From: Squalus acanthias
Lineage: Eukaryota
Direction: 5' to 3'
Length of the DNA stretch: 64,000 bases
Assembly (NCBI GenBank): GCA_030390025.1
Contig: CM059436.1
Location: forward strand, 57,164,001 to 57,228,000
Positions 1 through 13,400 of the stretch are shown here, in pieces. The first letter of the stretch is position 1. Every line of letters starts with the position of its first letter. The notes beneath the pieces are model-generated. The model made no database searches. It was not told the DNA's origin and worked only from the letters and a program-made list of their open reading frames with translations. A program made the position numbers and the translations under genes.

Positions 1-45
1 TTTAAAAGAAAATCCACAAATATAACAGAACAGTATATCTTAGGA

Positions 46-2050
46 TCATAAGAACAGGAGTAGGCCATTCAGCCCCTTGAGCCTGTTCTGTCACCCAGTT
101 AGATTATGGCTAATCTGTACCTCAACTCCATTTACCTGCCTTTGTTCCATATCGCTTGATACCCTTACCTAACAAAAATCTACCAATCTCAGTCTTGAAA
201 ATTTCAATTGGCACAGCATCCACAGCCTTTTTGGAAGAGAGTTCCAGATTTCCACTATCCTGTGTGTGAAAAAGTGCTACCTGATTTTACTCCTAAATGG
301 TCTAGCTCTAATTTTAAGATTACGCGTCTTTGTTCTGGATTCCCCCACCAGAATAGTTGCACTCTATCTACCCTAACGAATCCCTTTGTCATTTTAAACA
401 CCTCGATTAGATCACCCCCTCAACCTTCTAAACGCAAGAGAATACAAACCAAGTTTATGCAACCTGTCCTCATGATTTAACCCTGGAAACCCTGGTATCA
501 TTCTGGTGAATCTGTGTTGTACCCCTTCCAAGGCCAATATATCTTTCCTGATGTTCGGTGCCCAAACCGTAACTCCAGTTGGGGTCTGACCAAGGCTCCA
601 TACAACTAAAGCACAACTTTCTCATTTTTAAATTCCAATTATCTTTTTGATTGCTTTTTGAACCTGTGTACTAGCTTTTAGTGATTTGTGTACCCAGAGA
701 TCCCTTTGCTTATCCACAGCTCCTAGTCACTCACCATTACGAAAATATTCCGATTTCTTTCTCAGATCCAAAGTGGATAATCCCCACATTGAACTCCATC
801 TGCCATAGTTTCCCCACTCACTTAGCCTGTCTATGTTCCTTGTGCAACTTTCTGCTCCCATTAACACAACTTACTGTGTCGCTTAACTTAGTGTCATATG
901 CAAACTTAGATAAACTCTCTATTCCTTCATACAAGTTATTTATATATATGGTGAAAAGCTGAGGTCCCAGTACAGATCCCTGGGGAACACCACTTGTCAC
1001 ATCCCACCAATCAGAGTACATTCCCTTTATCCCTACTCTCTGTCTCCTACCTCCCAACCAATTACCGACTCATATCGCAAGGTTACCTCCAATTTTGTGC
1101 ACTCTCATTTTTGCTTATAATCACTTGTGCACAGCCTTATTAAATACCTTCTGGAAGTCCATATAGACAACATTCATAGACAATCCCCTATCCACCATGC
1201 CAGTGACCTCCTCAAAAAATTCAACTAGATTAGTCAGACATGACCTACCCGTCACAAAGGCTGACTCTCTTTGATCAGCAGATGCTTGTCCAAGTGTTGT
1301 CACTCTGTCTCTGATAATAAATCCAGTAACTTTCACACATCTGATGTTAAACTGACAAGTCTGTAGTTACCTGGTTTCTCCTTCCTTTCCTTCTTAAATA
1401 ATGAAGTGACAATTGCAATTTTCCAATCCAAAGGCACAATTCCTGAATCTAGAGAGCTTTGGAAAATTATGACTAATGCATCTGCAATTTCTTCACCCAT
1501 TTCTTTTAATACCATGGAATACCATCAGGTTCTGGAGATTTGTCTATCTTAAGTCCCATTATTTCTCCATAACTTTTTTTTTTACTTATTCCCTCCCCTT
1601 GACCCGCTGGTATTTTGTCCTCTTTCTCCATTGTGAAAACAGGTAGAAATTATTCATTTAACAAGTCTGCAATTTCCTTATTATTCATTACGGTCTCACC
1701 TGCATCCGTCTTTAATGGGCCCACATTCCTCTTTACCACTCTCTATCTCTTAATATATTGGGGGAAAAAACCTGTGAGCTTTGTTATCCCTTGCAAGTTT
1801 TGTTTCATTATTTTCTTTTTGCATCTCATTACTTTCGTTGTATCCCTTTGTTGCTTTTTATAGCACTCCCAGTCCACTGGATTTCCACTTTTCCTTGCAT
1901 TTGTGTAAACCTTTACTTCTAGCTTGATGCTGTCTCTTACCTCAATTGTTGAGCATGGTTGCTTAACTACACAAGTGGAGCCTGTACCTTTACGCGGTAT
2001 GTACTGGTCTTGTATTGTACCAAATAATGCTTTAAATAATTCATCCATAC
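46..2050 (-). mobile_element. CR1-clade LINE (HER1-like), 5'-truncated and decayed
   Basis: Minus-strand ORF fragments with RT motifs (PLDWKIAIVTSLFKK…PGNYR, VVYMDFQKVF, GVPQGSVLGPQLFTIYIN, SKFAYDTKL) and a CR1 3' tail (…gaatggcctactcctgttcttatg) ending near 46. Confidence 0.9.
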
Positions 2051-2439
2051 TAAATGGTGCAGGAGCAATGGAGTCAATCTATTCTTTTCATCTAGTCATT
2101 TTGTAGCATAAAAATTATTTCCGAAAGATATTTCAGCTGCACAAATCATATTTCATAACAAGTCAAAGTCTCTGTTATTAATAAAGAAAGAGGGATGAGC
2201 ACGCAGCCTAGGAGCAGGGCCCAGTTCAGTTGGGCCGGATTTCAGCCAAGCCCAAAGCTGGTCTGTTCACTCCCTGCATCTCAATGGCAGTAAATAAAAC
2301 CTGGCTCTGTGCTAACAGATGTTGCCTACTAATATTTTCATATGGTTATTGAAATAAGAAAAAAATAAGATAGCCCAGAAAAGAATGAAGTTAGACACCC
2401 CAGAATGGTCCCATAATAACTGACTTTCGCTGGGCCATA

Positions 2440-2611
2440 AATGACATCAGTGGCTCAGGAAAAATCAGCAAGTGTGTTGATTTTGGGTGAAGACAGCATT
2501 GGACTCAACTGTGATGCCTCCCACAGTCGGATTGTCTGATGATATTCACTATCTAGGTTGAACGTGAAGAATGACCAATTAGGCAAGATATCAGTGAGCT
2601 GCCAGCTCCAT
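2440..2611 (+). mobile_element. Fragment of the window's recurrent tRNA-headed SINE family
   Basis: Shares ctgtgatgcc…cacagtc…cactatctagg…gtgaagaatgacc with the copy at 32712-33110. Confidence 0.55.
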
Positions 2612-3610
2612 TACAGCAACAACTTGCATTTATATAGTGCCTTCAACATAGTAAAACATCACCACGGTGAAAATGGACACTGGGCTGCAGCAGAAGAGAG
2701 TTAGGAAACGTGAACAAAGGCAAGGTCGAAAAGGTAGGTTCTGGCAAGGGTTTTTAAGGTGAGGAGAGAGGTAGGATTTTGGGGAGAGAGATCTAGAGTG
2801 TTGAGCCAAGATAGTGAAGGCTCTGTCACTGGAATAGAGGAGAGCACACACTTGCACACAGGACTGCAGGTAGAGGTGGCAGAGGCCAAGAATGATTGTA
2901 AACGAGGACTAGGATCTTGGATTCAATGGGTTGGAGACAGAGAGCCAATTGAGGTTGGCAGGATAGGAATAGTAGTGGAGTGGGGCTCAGTGCAGGGCAG
3001 GATCGGGTGGCAGAATTCTAGATGAGTTGGTATTTACATAGGAAATACTCAGCAGGTCAGACAGCATCTGTGGAGAGAGAAACAGAGTTAATGTTTCAGG
3101 TCGATGACCTTTCGTCCTGAAACATTAACTCTGTTTCTCTCTCCACAGATGACCTGCTGAGCATTTCCAGCATTTTCTGTTATTTCAGATTTCCAGCATC
3201 CGCAGTATTTTGCTTTTGGAATTTATGTAGGATGGAGCTTGGAATGTCATCAAGGAGAGCATTGGGGAAGTCAGGCCTGAAGGTGATGTAAGTATGGACG
3301 GGGGTTTAGTGGTAGGAGTGAGGCAAAAGCAGAGACAGAGGTGCAAATATGCGATCCTGGTAATGGATAAGATATAGATAGGGCTTGAAGTTCAGCTCAG
3401 GGTCAAACAGAAAAACAAGTTTGCACAGCTTCTGTGAGCAGCCAGAGAGGAAAAGGGCTATAGTGGGAGACAACAGGATAGTACTGGCCTTGCCAATGTT
3501 ACACTGGAGAAAGTTCCACGACTTGATGTCAGACAAGCAGAATGGAGTTGAGGGTTGTGGCAAAGAGACAGAGCTGGATGTCATCAGCATACATATGAAA
3601 GCTTAGAACC
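2612..3610 (-). mobile_element. L2 LINE 3' fragment, decayed
   Basis: L2-type tail (ttatataaatgcaagttgttg on minus) and remnants LFDPELNFKP / KTYLFD-like segments colinear with the L2 at 61300-64000. Confidence 0.8.
3044..3215. mobile_element. Penelope-type foldback (inverted pseudo-LTR fragment) inserted in the L2
   Basis: Perfect 35-bp inverted repeat 3066-3100 / 3116-3150, flanked by a 17-bp imperfect direct repeat (3027-3043, 3216-3232). Related pieces at 18690-18760 and 38395-38530. Confidence 0.7.
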
Positions 3611-5251
3611 ATAGCCCAGAGTCAGTGCCCTTGGGAGACGTGAGGGAAAGAAAAATAATAAAAAAAGAACACTTTTTGTTAAATTCAAAGTGCTCCAAAA
3701 ATTGAACACAACGCAAGGAAAGGTCAGGAAATGGAGAGAGGGGAAGGATAAAGTATTTATGCTTTCACCCCAGCTCCACACTCACCCTGCATAATAACCA
3801 CTCAGTTATATGTTCACTCAGTTGATAGAATCCAATCCCTTATAATCTCCACTGGTGGGACCAGACTATTTGATTCACTGATTGAAGAGCTGGGTGAAAG
3901 CCCTAATAAAGAATGTGGTGGTGAGCAGCTCATCTCACCTCATCATTTTACACGCTTTTTTAATGAAGTACCGAATCGCTGTGTCATTGCAAACTTTGTT
4001 ATTTTTACAAGTTTCGAATAACACTGAAGTTCTCCACGCTTTTCTTAATTGGCCTGAAGGCTGGCAGAGAATGGGGCCATTTAATGATCATGGAATGGAG
4101 TGAGAGGGAGGAGGGAAAAGGGGAAAAAAAGGACTTGCTATGTAAAGTTTAGTGATTCAGGAAAGGCCCCATATGTTGACTGCATTTCCTTTTTGATTAC
4201 CGTTTAATTAGTTTCTACAATTGATGGCACTGTTTCTCAAGGACATACATGTAGACGATTGTGCCATCTGCCTGTAACATGGTTCTCAAGAATTTCAATT
4301 AGCTGCTTTATTTCTTCCTACAAGCAAGAAACCAGAAGCCGAGCCCCACCCTTCTGCTGTCGCTTTTATTGTTCGTCATTAAACTAAAAGTGGCGGGGTT
4401 TTGTGGGCCACAACTAATGGACTATTCTATTTTGTAGCTGACATTGTTTGCTGTGCCTCCCACAGGCCACCAGACAAAATGCTTTTTAACCTTTGAAGAC
4501 GGGAGTCGTGAAAATGCTTTCAGAACTGCCGGCTCTTAGCTCACGCTTGTCTCTCTGCTGGGGTAGTGGGCCCAACATCCAGGCTTTGACAGCTAGTCCT
4601 GAACTCTAGCTGTTCCGAAGGGTAAATAATAATTTAAAAAAGAGTCAAAGTGGTTTTGCTAACTTTATTCAGTTGTGAATTACTACTAAAGATAAATTGT
4701 TATTTAAAAAAAACTGAAAAAAAGAGTCTGAACAGATAAAACAGGTCAATTTAACAAAGCAAGGTGACTAAAATCTCTGGTTTCCCGTGCTTTGTTTTCC
4801 TATTATAGTCTGATGTAAATGAGGTAGTCCCAAAGACAGTGCGGAAAATGGGAGGAGCATGCTTTGGTTTAAATGTGTGTCTGTGCACCCATGCATCCAT
4901 ACGGAACCTGCCTGCTGTTTAACTAATAAACGAGCAATTTTAACGAGAGAAGGAGTAGGCTAAATTTTAGAGGCTGAAGCTGAGAAAAAAGAATGTTGCA
5001 TACCAAACAACATCCCTGATTTTACACCACCACAACCTGACATTTTAATGAACTTTATTTTTCAGAACAATTTGGTCAGTTATCTGTAAATCCATGATCA
5101 TGAAAATTTTTGTTTTATTTTTGCAGTGATTATTATCCTACTTTTTCTATCCTATTTAGGTTCATTAAAGCAGCCTGTTTCATTTTGTCTCTTTACAAAA
5201 CAGAACATGTTTGTCCTACTATTTTTTTTTGTTTCATCCCCCAGTGTCAAA

Positions 5252-5568
5252 TTTTCTTCCCTCCTCTCTTGGCAGTGCTGAATCGTTGCTGTCACCGGTA
5301 CCTCACCCAAGTCGCTATTCTTCACGTGAGAGTTGAGATGGTGTCAGCTGGCTATTCGAACATGAGGGCCTGATCCTGCCCCCACCCAGCATCTTTTCAC
5401 ATGCACTTTCCAACAGCCATTGCTGCATAGTGAGCAGAAGCAGGAACGCTAGTTGATTCTTCCCCTCTGTACCCCAGGGGTACCGGTACTGACTACAGTG
5501 CCCCTCCAGCCACCTCAGCTCAGATCAGTTAGCTCAGCACTGGCCGGAGATCAAACCTTGATCTTCCT
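5252..5568 (-). mobile_element. tRNA-headed SINE family copy
   Basis: Reverse-complement similarity to 32712-33110 (agttagctcagcac, tgatcctgccc, attcttcacgtgag). Confidence 0.7.
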
Positions 5569-8500
5569 AATTGGGAGAGCAAAACGGGATCATTTCAAAG
5601 TGTCAGCTGTCAATATATAATACACTTACTCAAGATGGTTGATTCTTGTACTGCACCCTGCCCTCTGCATACACTGTAAGCCTATCGTGTTGGGGTGGGA
5701 CAGTCCCATCCAAGGACATTGTCACTGTTATCAATGCTGCTTATTGGCTGATCCACCAGGATGTGTGGGGGTGGACCTCCCAGCCAGTGCTCTCTGGCTC
5801 CTACTGACAGCTTAGCCTCAACTAACAAAACCTGTTCTCTAGAGGAAGTCTCAGTGCTAACAGCAGCAGATATGGGGATTGGAGTTCAGATCTCTGAACT
5901 GGGAATTCTCTGTTCTTGCATTGGAATAACTCCTACCATTGGCAATCAGCAGGAAAGTTCAAAATATTAAATGCAATTTAAACAGTGCAATTATTGAAAT
6001 GCTTTAAGGTATGTTTATTTACTGAAACGATGCACTAACTGAATTTTTAAAACTAGTTATAGCAAAATAAATGCACATAGGAGAATCTGCATCTAAATAG
6101 TTAACAGGAAACACAGCACAGTCAGGGTTAAAGTAAAAAAAATTAACTAATGTCTACCCCAACTATCATTTGGCTGACAAATGTAATTATAGGACTTGCT
6201 TATTACACCCAAGTCATTATTTATTTAAGTATATCTGGCCTTTTGCAGAGAATATGGTCTCGCCAACACCCCCACCTCCCCCGACCACCACCCTTCCCCC
6301 AACCCCTGACATAAAAGTTTTACAACTGAATCCAATCAAAACAAGTTCCACTGGTACATTGGGCTACTGTCCAAGAAATATGTACATTTCATGAGCTTGG
6401 CTATTTTGCCTGAAGCTAGCAATGTGCCTGGACATGAGTAGCTCATTTTCCTGACCAGGAAGTTTGAAATTGCGAAGAAACCCTCCAAATTACTTTGCAT
6501 CCCTTTACGTAACAGCTTTCACTTTAGGCATCATCACCATTTAGATCAATCATTAATAATAATTCCACGCTCAAGGGTTACAGTGTTAATTGACAGAGCT
6601 TCACTCAAAGTAGATCAAAAAAAGAATGCATACATAAGAAAGGGGATACTATGAACAGTTAAAAAAAAATGAAGATAAGCAGATAGCATGCAAGATATAC
6701 TGCCAAGTTAAATAAAGGGCAAAGGGTACATAAAACCACAGCCAAGCATTCACATGCTTGGCTGCAAAAAAAAAAGATCTTTAGAAGCATTAGCTCCACC
6801 TTGCCCCGCAGTGTGCTAACCTCAACTACAGCTGTACCATCTTTCACTCCAGTGGACTTGCCTTTCCATAGACAAATTGATTTGCAAAGGTTCAAACTGG
6901 CAGCTCTGTCTGCTTTGCATACAGAATGCTCCTCCGTGTCACAATAAAAGTAGCCTGGCAGACAGTGGGACACAGCGGGAACTGGCCGGTTCAAAGTCCA
7001 AACGACACCCTCCCCTCACCCCAGTCTGGTTTGAAAGGTCACCGCATGTCTGGGAAAAAACGTCTCAGGATCTGAGCCTTTATTAAAGGTCAGTATTATT
7101 CAACAGCAGTTAACACACTGGTGCGCAGAAAGAGTGCACACACACAAAAAGACCCTGGGGCTGCTTAGTGGCTACAACTGGAGAGGCTGGGCATTTGTGA
7201 ACCAATCCTCCCTCTGCCCAATGTACACACACTCACACAGCTACAATGGCAGGGATCAACAGAAGCCTGGAACGCCTTGGCGTAACCTTGTCACACCTTC
7301 GCAAGGTTACAGCAGCTCAAAAAGATAGAGAGTGGACTGCACCCACTACTGGTCAGCTCTCTCACAGTCACCTCCTATCACTCTTGTTGCTCCAGTTCTT
7401 GACTGATTGGTTTCCAACCATGTTGTATCCTTTTTAAATTAAATTGTTGATCTTTGACTATTTTTGCTTTCATGTACATATGCCCTTTATCTTCACACAC
7501 TAGTTTCACACTTTTATTCATAACATCCATGCTAGCAGTCACCGGAAAAAGTGAGTGCCATATCTTAGGTCATTTTTATTGTGAAATAGTTCATCTTGAT
7601 ATTTGGAGAGCGGAGTTACATTTTATCAAAATTAAATCTTATTATTGATACTTTTTGCTTACAATTCATTTGTTTTGGGGGGGGGGGGAAATGTGCTTCA
7701 TCAAAGTTATAGCTGTAATAATAAAAGGAATCCTCTATACAGTGGAAAGGGGGGACTGTGTGGCCATTCAGCAGCTTAAGGGAGTGACGGGTGGCCATGC
7801 TTTACTGCGGCATTCGGTAGCGCTTTTAAAAAGCTATCAACTCAACAGCAGAACGATGGCTGCCAGCAAAACCTCCAGCACGCTCGAGACCATGGCACAT
7901 GTAGTCATCGTCCACTCGGTCCCAGCTAACTCAGCACTGCTTCAGTACCAAGACAACCGAGTGGGACAGGCTCGCTTAGGCCATTAAAGGGAGGCAAAGT
8001 ATCCTTTTCTCCAGACCCGTTTACGTCAGAACATCCTTGAAGTGGTATTATATATAAACTAGGTAGACTAGTTTAGAAAAGAACTGTAATGTTGTGCCTT
8101 TAGGAGATTGCTGGCTGCCGCAGCAGCTGCCTTACGAGTTATACGACAAATTCACTTACTGAGTGACACGGGCTTTGTTGACAAGCCAATTCAATCAACT
8201 GCCGCAACCAACAAAGTAACAGGCTGCATTCTCTGAATAAAGAACATGGAATCATGCCTACATTTTCGAGTGCACTCAGACCTATCTATCCTACTACATG
8301 AGGCTGAAAAGGATGAATGAATTAGATGCAGTAGATTGTAATTAATGGCAAGGCTGTCACTGCATCTCTTCAGAGTTCTGAGCATTAGCTGCCTTCATGT
8401 TCAGAGAGATTGTAACCTGCACTGAGTCTCAGGGCAGTGCAGTAGTCTCTGCCAACAATGTCCGAGCCTCTCGTGCTGAATGAAAAGAGGCAAAGTTGAA

Positions 8501-8594
8501 TTTGGCACAATTCTGATCTGTCCAGTAGCAACCTTCTGTTTCAGTCAAAAAAATACATTAAAATTATACTTACCAATTTTCTTTCAGATTTTCT

Positions 8595-8935
8595 CCCCTT
8601 CCTTATCCCGCCTCTCCTGAAGGCAGTGACTGTTGCTGGGGGATAGTTCCACAGGCACTAGTGGTCCTCTGATTCCTTGCCCAAGTGGCTGTCCTTCATG
8701 TGTGAACCTGGACAGTGACTGTCAGCAGGCCTCATTGATCAATGGGAAAGAGGGGTCTGTTACAACTCAGTCTGACCCTGTCATCACCCAAGGTGCACAG
8801 AAGAGCTCATCCAGCACAAGTACAGTAGCTGCATATCAATCAGGAGCGAGAACCTGGGCAATTGTTCTCCTCCACAGCCCAGGGACAGCCAAAGTTGTCG
8901 TTTCCCACTACCCCACTACTGGTTAACTCAGCACA
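8595..8935 (-). mobile_element. tRNA-headed SINE family copy
   Basis: ctcctgaaggcagtgact…tcatgtgtgaacctggacagtga…aactcagcaca is the reverse complement of the 32712 copy. Confidence 0.7.
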
Positions 8936-9609
8936 ATCTGTGTCAGACTTTATGAAAAGGGACTTTCTTTGAATTCATGCAACACATTAAAACAAAATAT
9001 TGTAACATGCAGAGTCATTTCTGGATCAGAGCTGAACTAACTTAGATCTACTCTGATTCTTCTCATTTCACCCAGTTCAGATGAATTCAGAAATCTAAAC
9101 TTCCTATCTACAGTTCTTAGACCTTAGCTATTGGATTCAGAATCTGACAACCAGTTTCTGACCCATTTATTCAGAATATGTCAGCAAATCAATTCCTAAT
9201 TTATTACACCATCATTTTGGAAAAGTGTGCTTATCAATAATGGCAAAACCAGTCACAGGATAAGGGTCAGCTTATTAGTGGAATTGAAAAGTATCCTGTA
9301 AAATATTTTTTTAAAGAATTTGTTAGCAGCATCTTCATGATGCCTGCACAGTTAAAACACTTCAGAAAGGAAGTCCTTCACCATCTTGGTTCCTATCATG
9401 CAATTTATTTACTTTAGGTATTTATCACTTGCCAGACCAAGCCATCTCTGACACTAGAATCCCTTTAAATGTAAAGGCATATAATGTTCAAACGGAATTG
9501 TTCATTTTCCCCAAAGCCCTTTCCCCACCACTCCTCCCCCACCTACACACATACAGGCATAGATGGTAAAGCAATTAATCAGTTTATGTGCCCGCCACTC
9601 TTCCCCGAC

Positions 9610-10470
9610 AACAAACTTCTGTTTATATAGCACCTATCATCTAATGGCACGTCCTACAGTAATTTTCTATTAATAGTGTAAATTGGAGTGAAGTGGCTAA
9701 AGGTGTGGTCAAAGAGATGAGTTGTGAGGAGGCTTTCTGAAGGTGAGAAGAGAGGATCAATGGTTAAAAGTCTTAGGAAGCATTTCCAAAGCAAAAGGGT
9801 GTGGTGGCTGAAGTGTCTGGTGTCACTGGTGGAGCACAGGGAGAAGGGCTGCACAGTGGACTGGAGTTGGAGGAGTGAATGCTGGGAAGTGCGGCTGGAG
9901 AAGGTTGCAGAAATAGGGTGGAGTGAGGCCCTGAAGGGATTTGAAGATGCAGATGAGGATTTTAAAGTTTATACACTGGGGATAAGGAATAAGTGGAGTC
10001 GGCGAGGATAGGGTGCCTAGTACCATGTGTTTGTGTGGTTGCAGAGTTATAGATCAGTTGGAGTTTGTGTAGGATGAAGCTGTTAAGACTGGTGAGGAAA
10101 ATGTTGAAGAAATGTTGTTGATAAAAATGTGGATGAGGTTTTCAGCAGCAGTGAAAGTAAGGTGCTCCAGAGCTGAATGTACGGTGGGGGCAATGTTCCA
10201 GAGGTGAATGTACGGTGGGGGCAATGTTCCAGAGGTGAATGTACGGTGGGGGCAATGTTCCAGAGGTGAATGTACGGTGGGGGCAATGTTCCAGAGGTGA
10301 ATGTACGGTGGGGGCAATGTTCCAGAGGTGAATGTACGGTGGGGGCAATGTTCCAGAGGTGAATGTACGGTGGGCGCAATGTTCCAGAGGTGAATGTAAG
10401 TGGTCTCATTGATGGGCCAGGTGTGTTGTTTGAAGCTTAGCTCAGAGTTAAACAGAACACCAAGGATGCA
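9610..10470 (-). mobile_element. L2 LINE 3' fragment containing an expanded minisatellite
   Basis: Translated remnants LGVLFNSELSFK, AAENLIHIF, INFKILICIFKSLQGLTPPY, HLFDH match the L2 ORF2 C-terminus. Confidence 0.8.
10167..10398. repeat. 31-bp minisatellite, ~7.5 near-identical copies
   Basis: Unit ccagaggtgaatgtacggtgggggcaatgtt at 10167, 10198, 10229, 10260, 10291, 10322, 10353 and 10384 (partial). Confidence 0.97.
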
Positions 10471-13400
10471 CACCTTTGGGGTCTATCTGAGTGAAATGAA
10501 ATTGGTGCTTGAAGCACAAAGTTTTTGGTGAGAGGCAAAAATGATGCCAGCACAAAGCTGAAAAGTAAACATCTGAAGTGCAATACAATCCTATGAGATC
10601 AGCTAGACAAGCAGAGACTTCACAAATTGAAGGCAAATGATAGCAATTTGTAGAAAAGTAAAAGAAGACAGCATTTTGATAGCTACTAAAGTTCACTGAT
10701 TGTTCATGCAAACATTACAGGACTTTAGTAGCTGCCATTTTGGGGCATACAGCCATCTGTATTTCAGGCCAATTTACCTCCGCTCATCCTTACTCTTTGC
10801 AATGTATCTTGGGATATATAATACATGTGTGGACAGAAATATGCTGTTCAGACCTGCTCCCAGTGAGATTTACTCCACACGGCAGTTTGTACCTGTCTGG
10901 ATTGGAACAGGAACTTTTTGTCTGCACATTCATCATACATTCCAAAATGCACTGCTTTAAGTAGAACTGAATGATTACCCTCGTTGGTCATTCAGAAGCA
11001 AATTCAGGAGCATTATGGAAAGCAATATAGTGGAATAAAATAATGTAAATAAACCAACAGCGGGCATTAATGTTACATTGTTCAACACATTTGAATGCTT
11101 TTCACAAATGTAATGTCTGCTCCAAGATATTTAGAATGTGATATTCCACCACATTAGAATGCCTGCCATGGACAGAGTACTGCTGAACAAACAGGAATTT
11201 TATATGTGTTTAACACAACAAGTGCTGTAACTAATACTCCAAGGGTTAAAAGCACTATGCAACTTGAGTTATTGCAAATTAAATTAAAACCTTTTTTGTA
11301 AACATAGACAGGTTATCAATCGATGCGATGTCTGGAATTAAATAACCACAAAGCACCTACCCAACATGGATATTTCAGTTATGTGCTCCCCAGACATTGC
11401 CATTAATATTGACAGCAAATCTATATTCAAAAACAGTTTGGGCAGCCTAAAAGTTACATTATTAAAAATTCCTTTTTATTACATTATTTACTTTTCTCTC
11501 CATTTATTAATACCTCTCTGCCATTTCTTACTCTTCTGGTCAGTAGACCTTGCTCATATTTTCAGGTTACATTGTTTGCCCCTGCAGACATCTGTGGGTA
11601 TAAATGCCCCATGCAGACTCATGGTTGATGAGAAGACAGCATTTGCACAGGGACTGACTCCTTAATTACATTTTACCCATAATCCTTAGCAATCCAAATG
11701 GTCTCCATAAGTGAGCACAGAATGCTCTGACCATAGGAAAAAAAACCAACTGAGGAACATTCAGAATAATAGAATAATTAAAGGCAAGGAATAAATCATG
11801 CAATGGCTGACCTGACTTCTACCACTCAATGCCTTTAATTTGAAATAACTCAAGATCTATGGCACTATTAAAGTACAATTTTTGCCATCCATTTAAACAT
11901 TTGGGGAATTGTAAGTGCGATGGAATAAATAAGTAGTAGAAAATTACTGAGTTTAAAAGGGTGGTTTTGTGAACCATTGGCTTTTGCACTTATGTGAAAT
12001 GGCCAAACATATTTGCAATTTTCAACACCTTCATCAGCTATTTTAAAAGTTACATATAGTCCACAGGCTTTTTTTTCCCACTAGAAAACTATATGTGATT
12101 GTGCAAGGCCCTAGGCACTTTACATACATTACATAAAGACCTCACAATTCAGACGTCAGGCTCCCAGACTACAAAATCCAGACAGCACTACTACACAGAA
12201 ATGTTTGACAAAGGTGTCATGTGATGTTAAGCATGAAACCTAACACATGAACACTAACCTTTAGCCCTCTCTCAGTATTTGAAATTTAGATTTGGTTTAG
12301 TTACAGAATGCCTTCTATAGGTCTGAACTGAAAGACTATGCACTAATACTTGTGCTGACAGTACTGTAAAAGGTCTCCGTCTCACACAAGAGATTTAGGC
12401 CACTAGACATAACACAGATTTGAATTTCTAAATGCCACTATGGGCACTGGGCTATGCTAAATCTCAAACTCGTTTAATCATCCCACATCTAATCTGGTTG
12501 TTTTAACTGAAACACAGTTTAGAAGCAGAGGCTCTTGAAGCTAGCAAGCAGATTTGCCATACACACACTTATACATGTGGTAAAGTACTTCTGCAAGAAA
12601 CAAAGCATAACATTCTCTTAAAGTGACTATAACCCTTGCTGCTGGCCTGTATTTCCAGCCCACCATAACTAATTTCTCAGACATTTCTTCCATACTCCAT
12701 TCTAGTCAATAAATGCCCATGTAGTTGCTTTGGAAATCAGGTTTCATTGCTGCAAAACAAACCTCAAGTGAATCTTAAAGGATGACATGCATGGTAAGCA
12801 TTACATTTTATGATTAAAAATAAATGCAATACCTAAAGTAGGATAATGTGTGGAATTTACTTTTATAGCTGTTAAAGGGAGAAAGGGCCCAATTTTCATC
12901 CCTTGCCCTCTGTAAGGAGTATTCTTTTGCTCCTGGCATAGAGACAAAGCAGGGATTTGTGGTAGTACCGACGGAAAATGATTTCACTTATTATCTTAGT
13001 TAGGACTGCTGTCATGGAACATAAGGTAGGGCAAGCCCTGCAGTGCTCAGGGTAGGTCAAAGCTCCCTGTCCCTTACTGCAGAATTCTTAATGTGGTTAT
13101 TGATGGAGAGTGGTTCTTGAATGTAATGAAAGCAAAGTATGAAGTAACAGCCAAACTGGTGTGACACAAAATAAAATTTTCAACACAGGAATCCAAAAAA
13201 GGTGGGAATCTCGATTTTAAGGAAAACCAGTGCTTCTACTTGCATGAGGTAGGCATTGGCTATTGTATCCGTGATCTGTGGGGCACAGCATATTCAGCAG
13301 TACAGAATGATTCAAGTTCCATTTACATCTCATTGGCATGCAGTTGGATGGCCTAGTGGGACAGTGAATTTTAGCACGAACACAATGTACCACGTGGTGG

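Noticed and set aside
10167-10398. CRISPR-like appearance of the 31-, 36- and 48-bp arrays (also 40694-40965, 51834-52265)
   Set aside because: Head-to-tail tandem units with no unique spacers, no cas genes, vertebrate context
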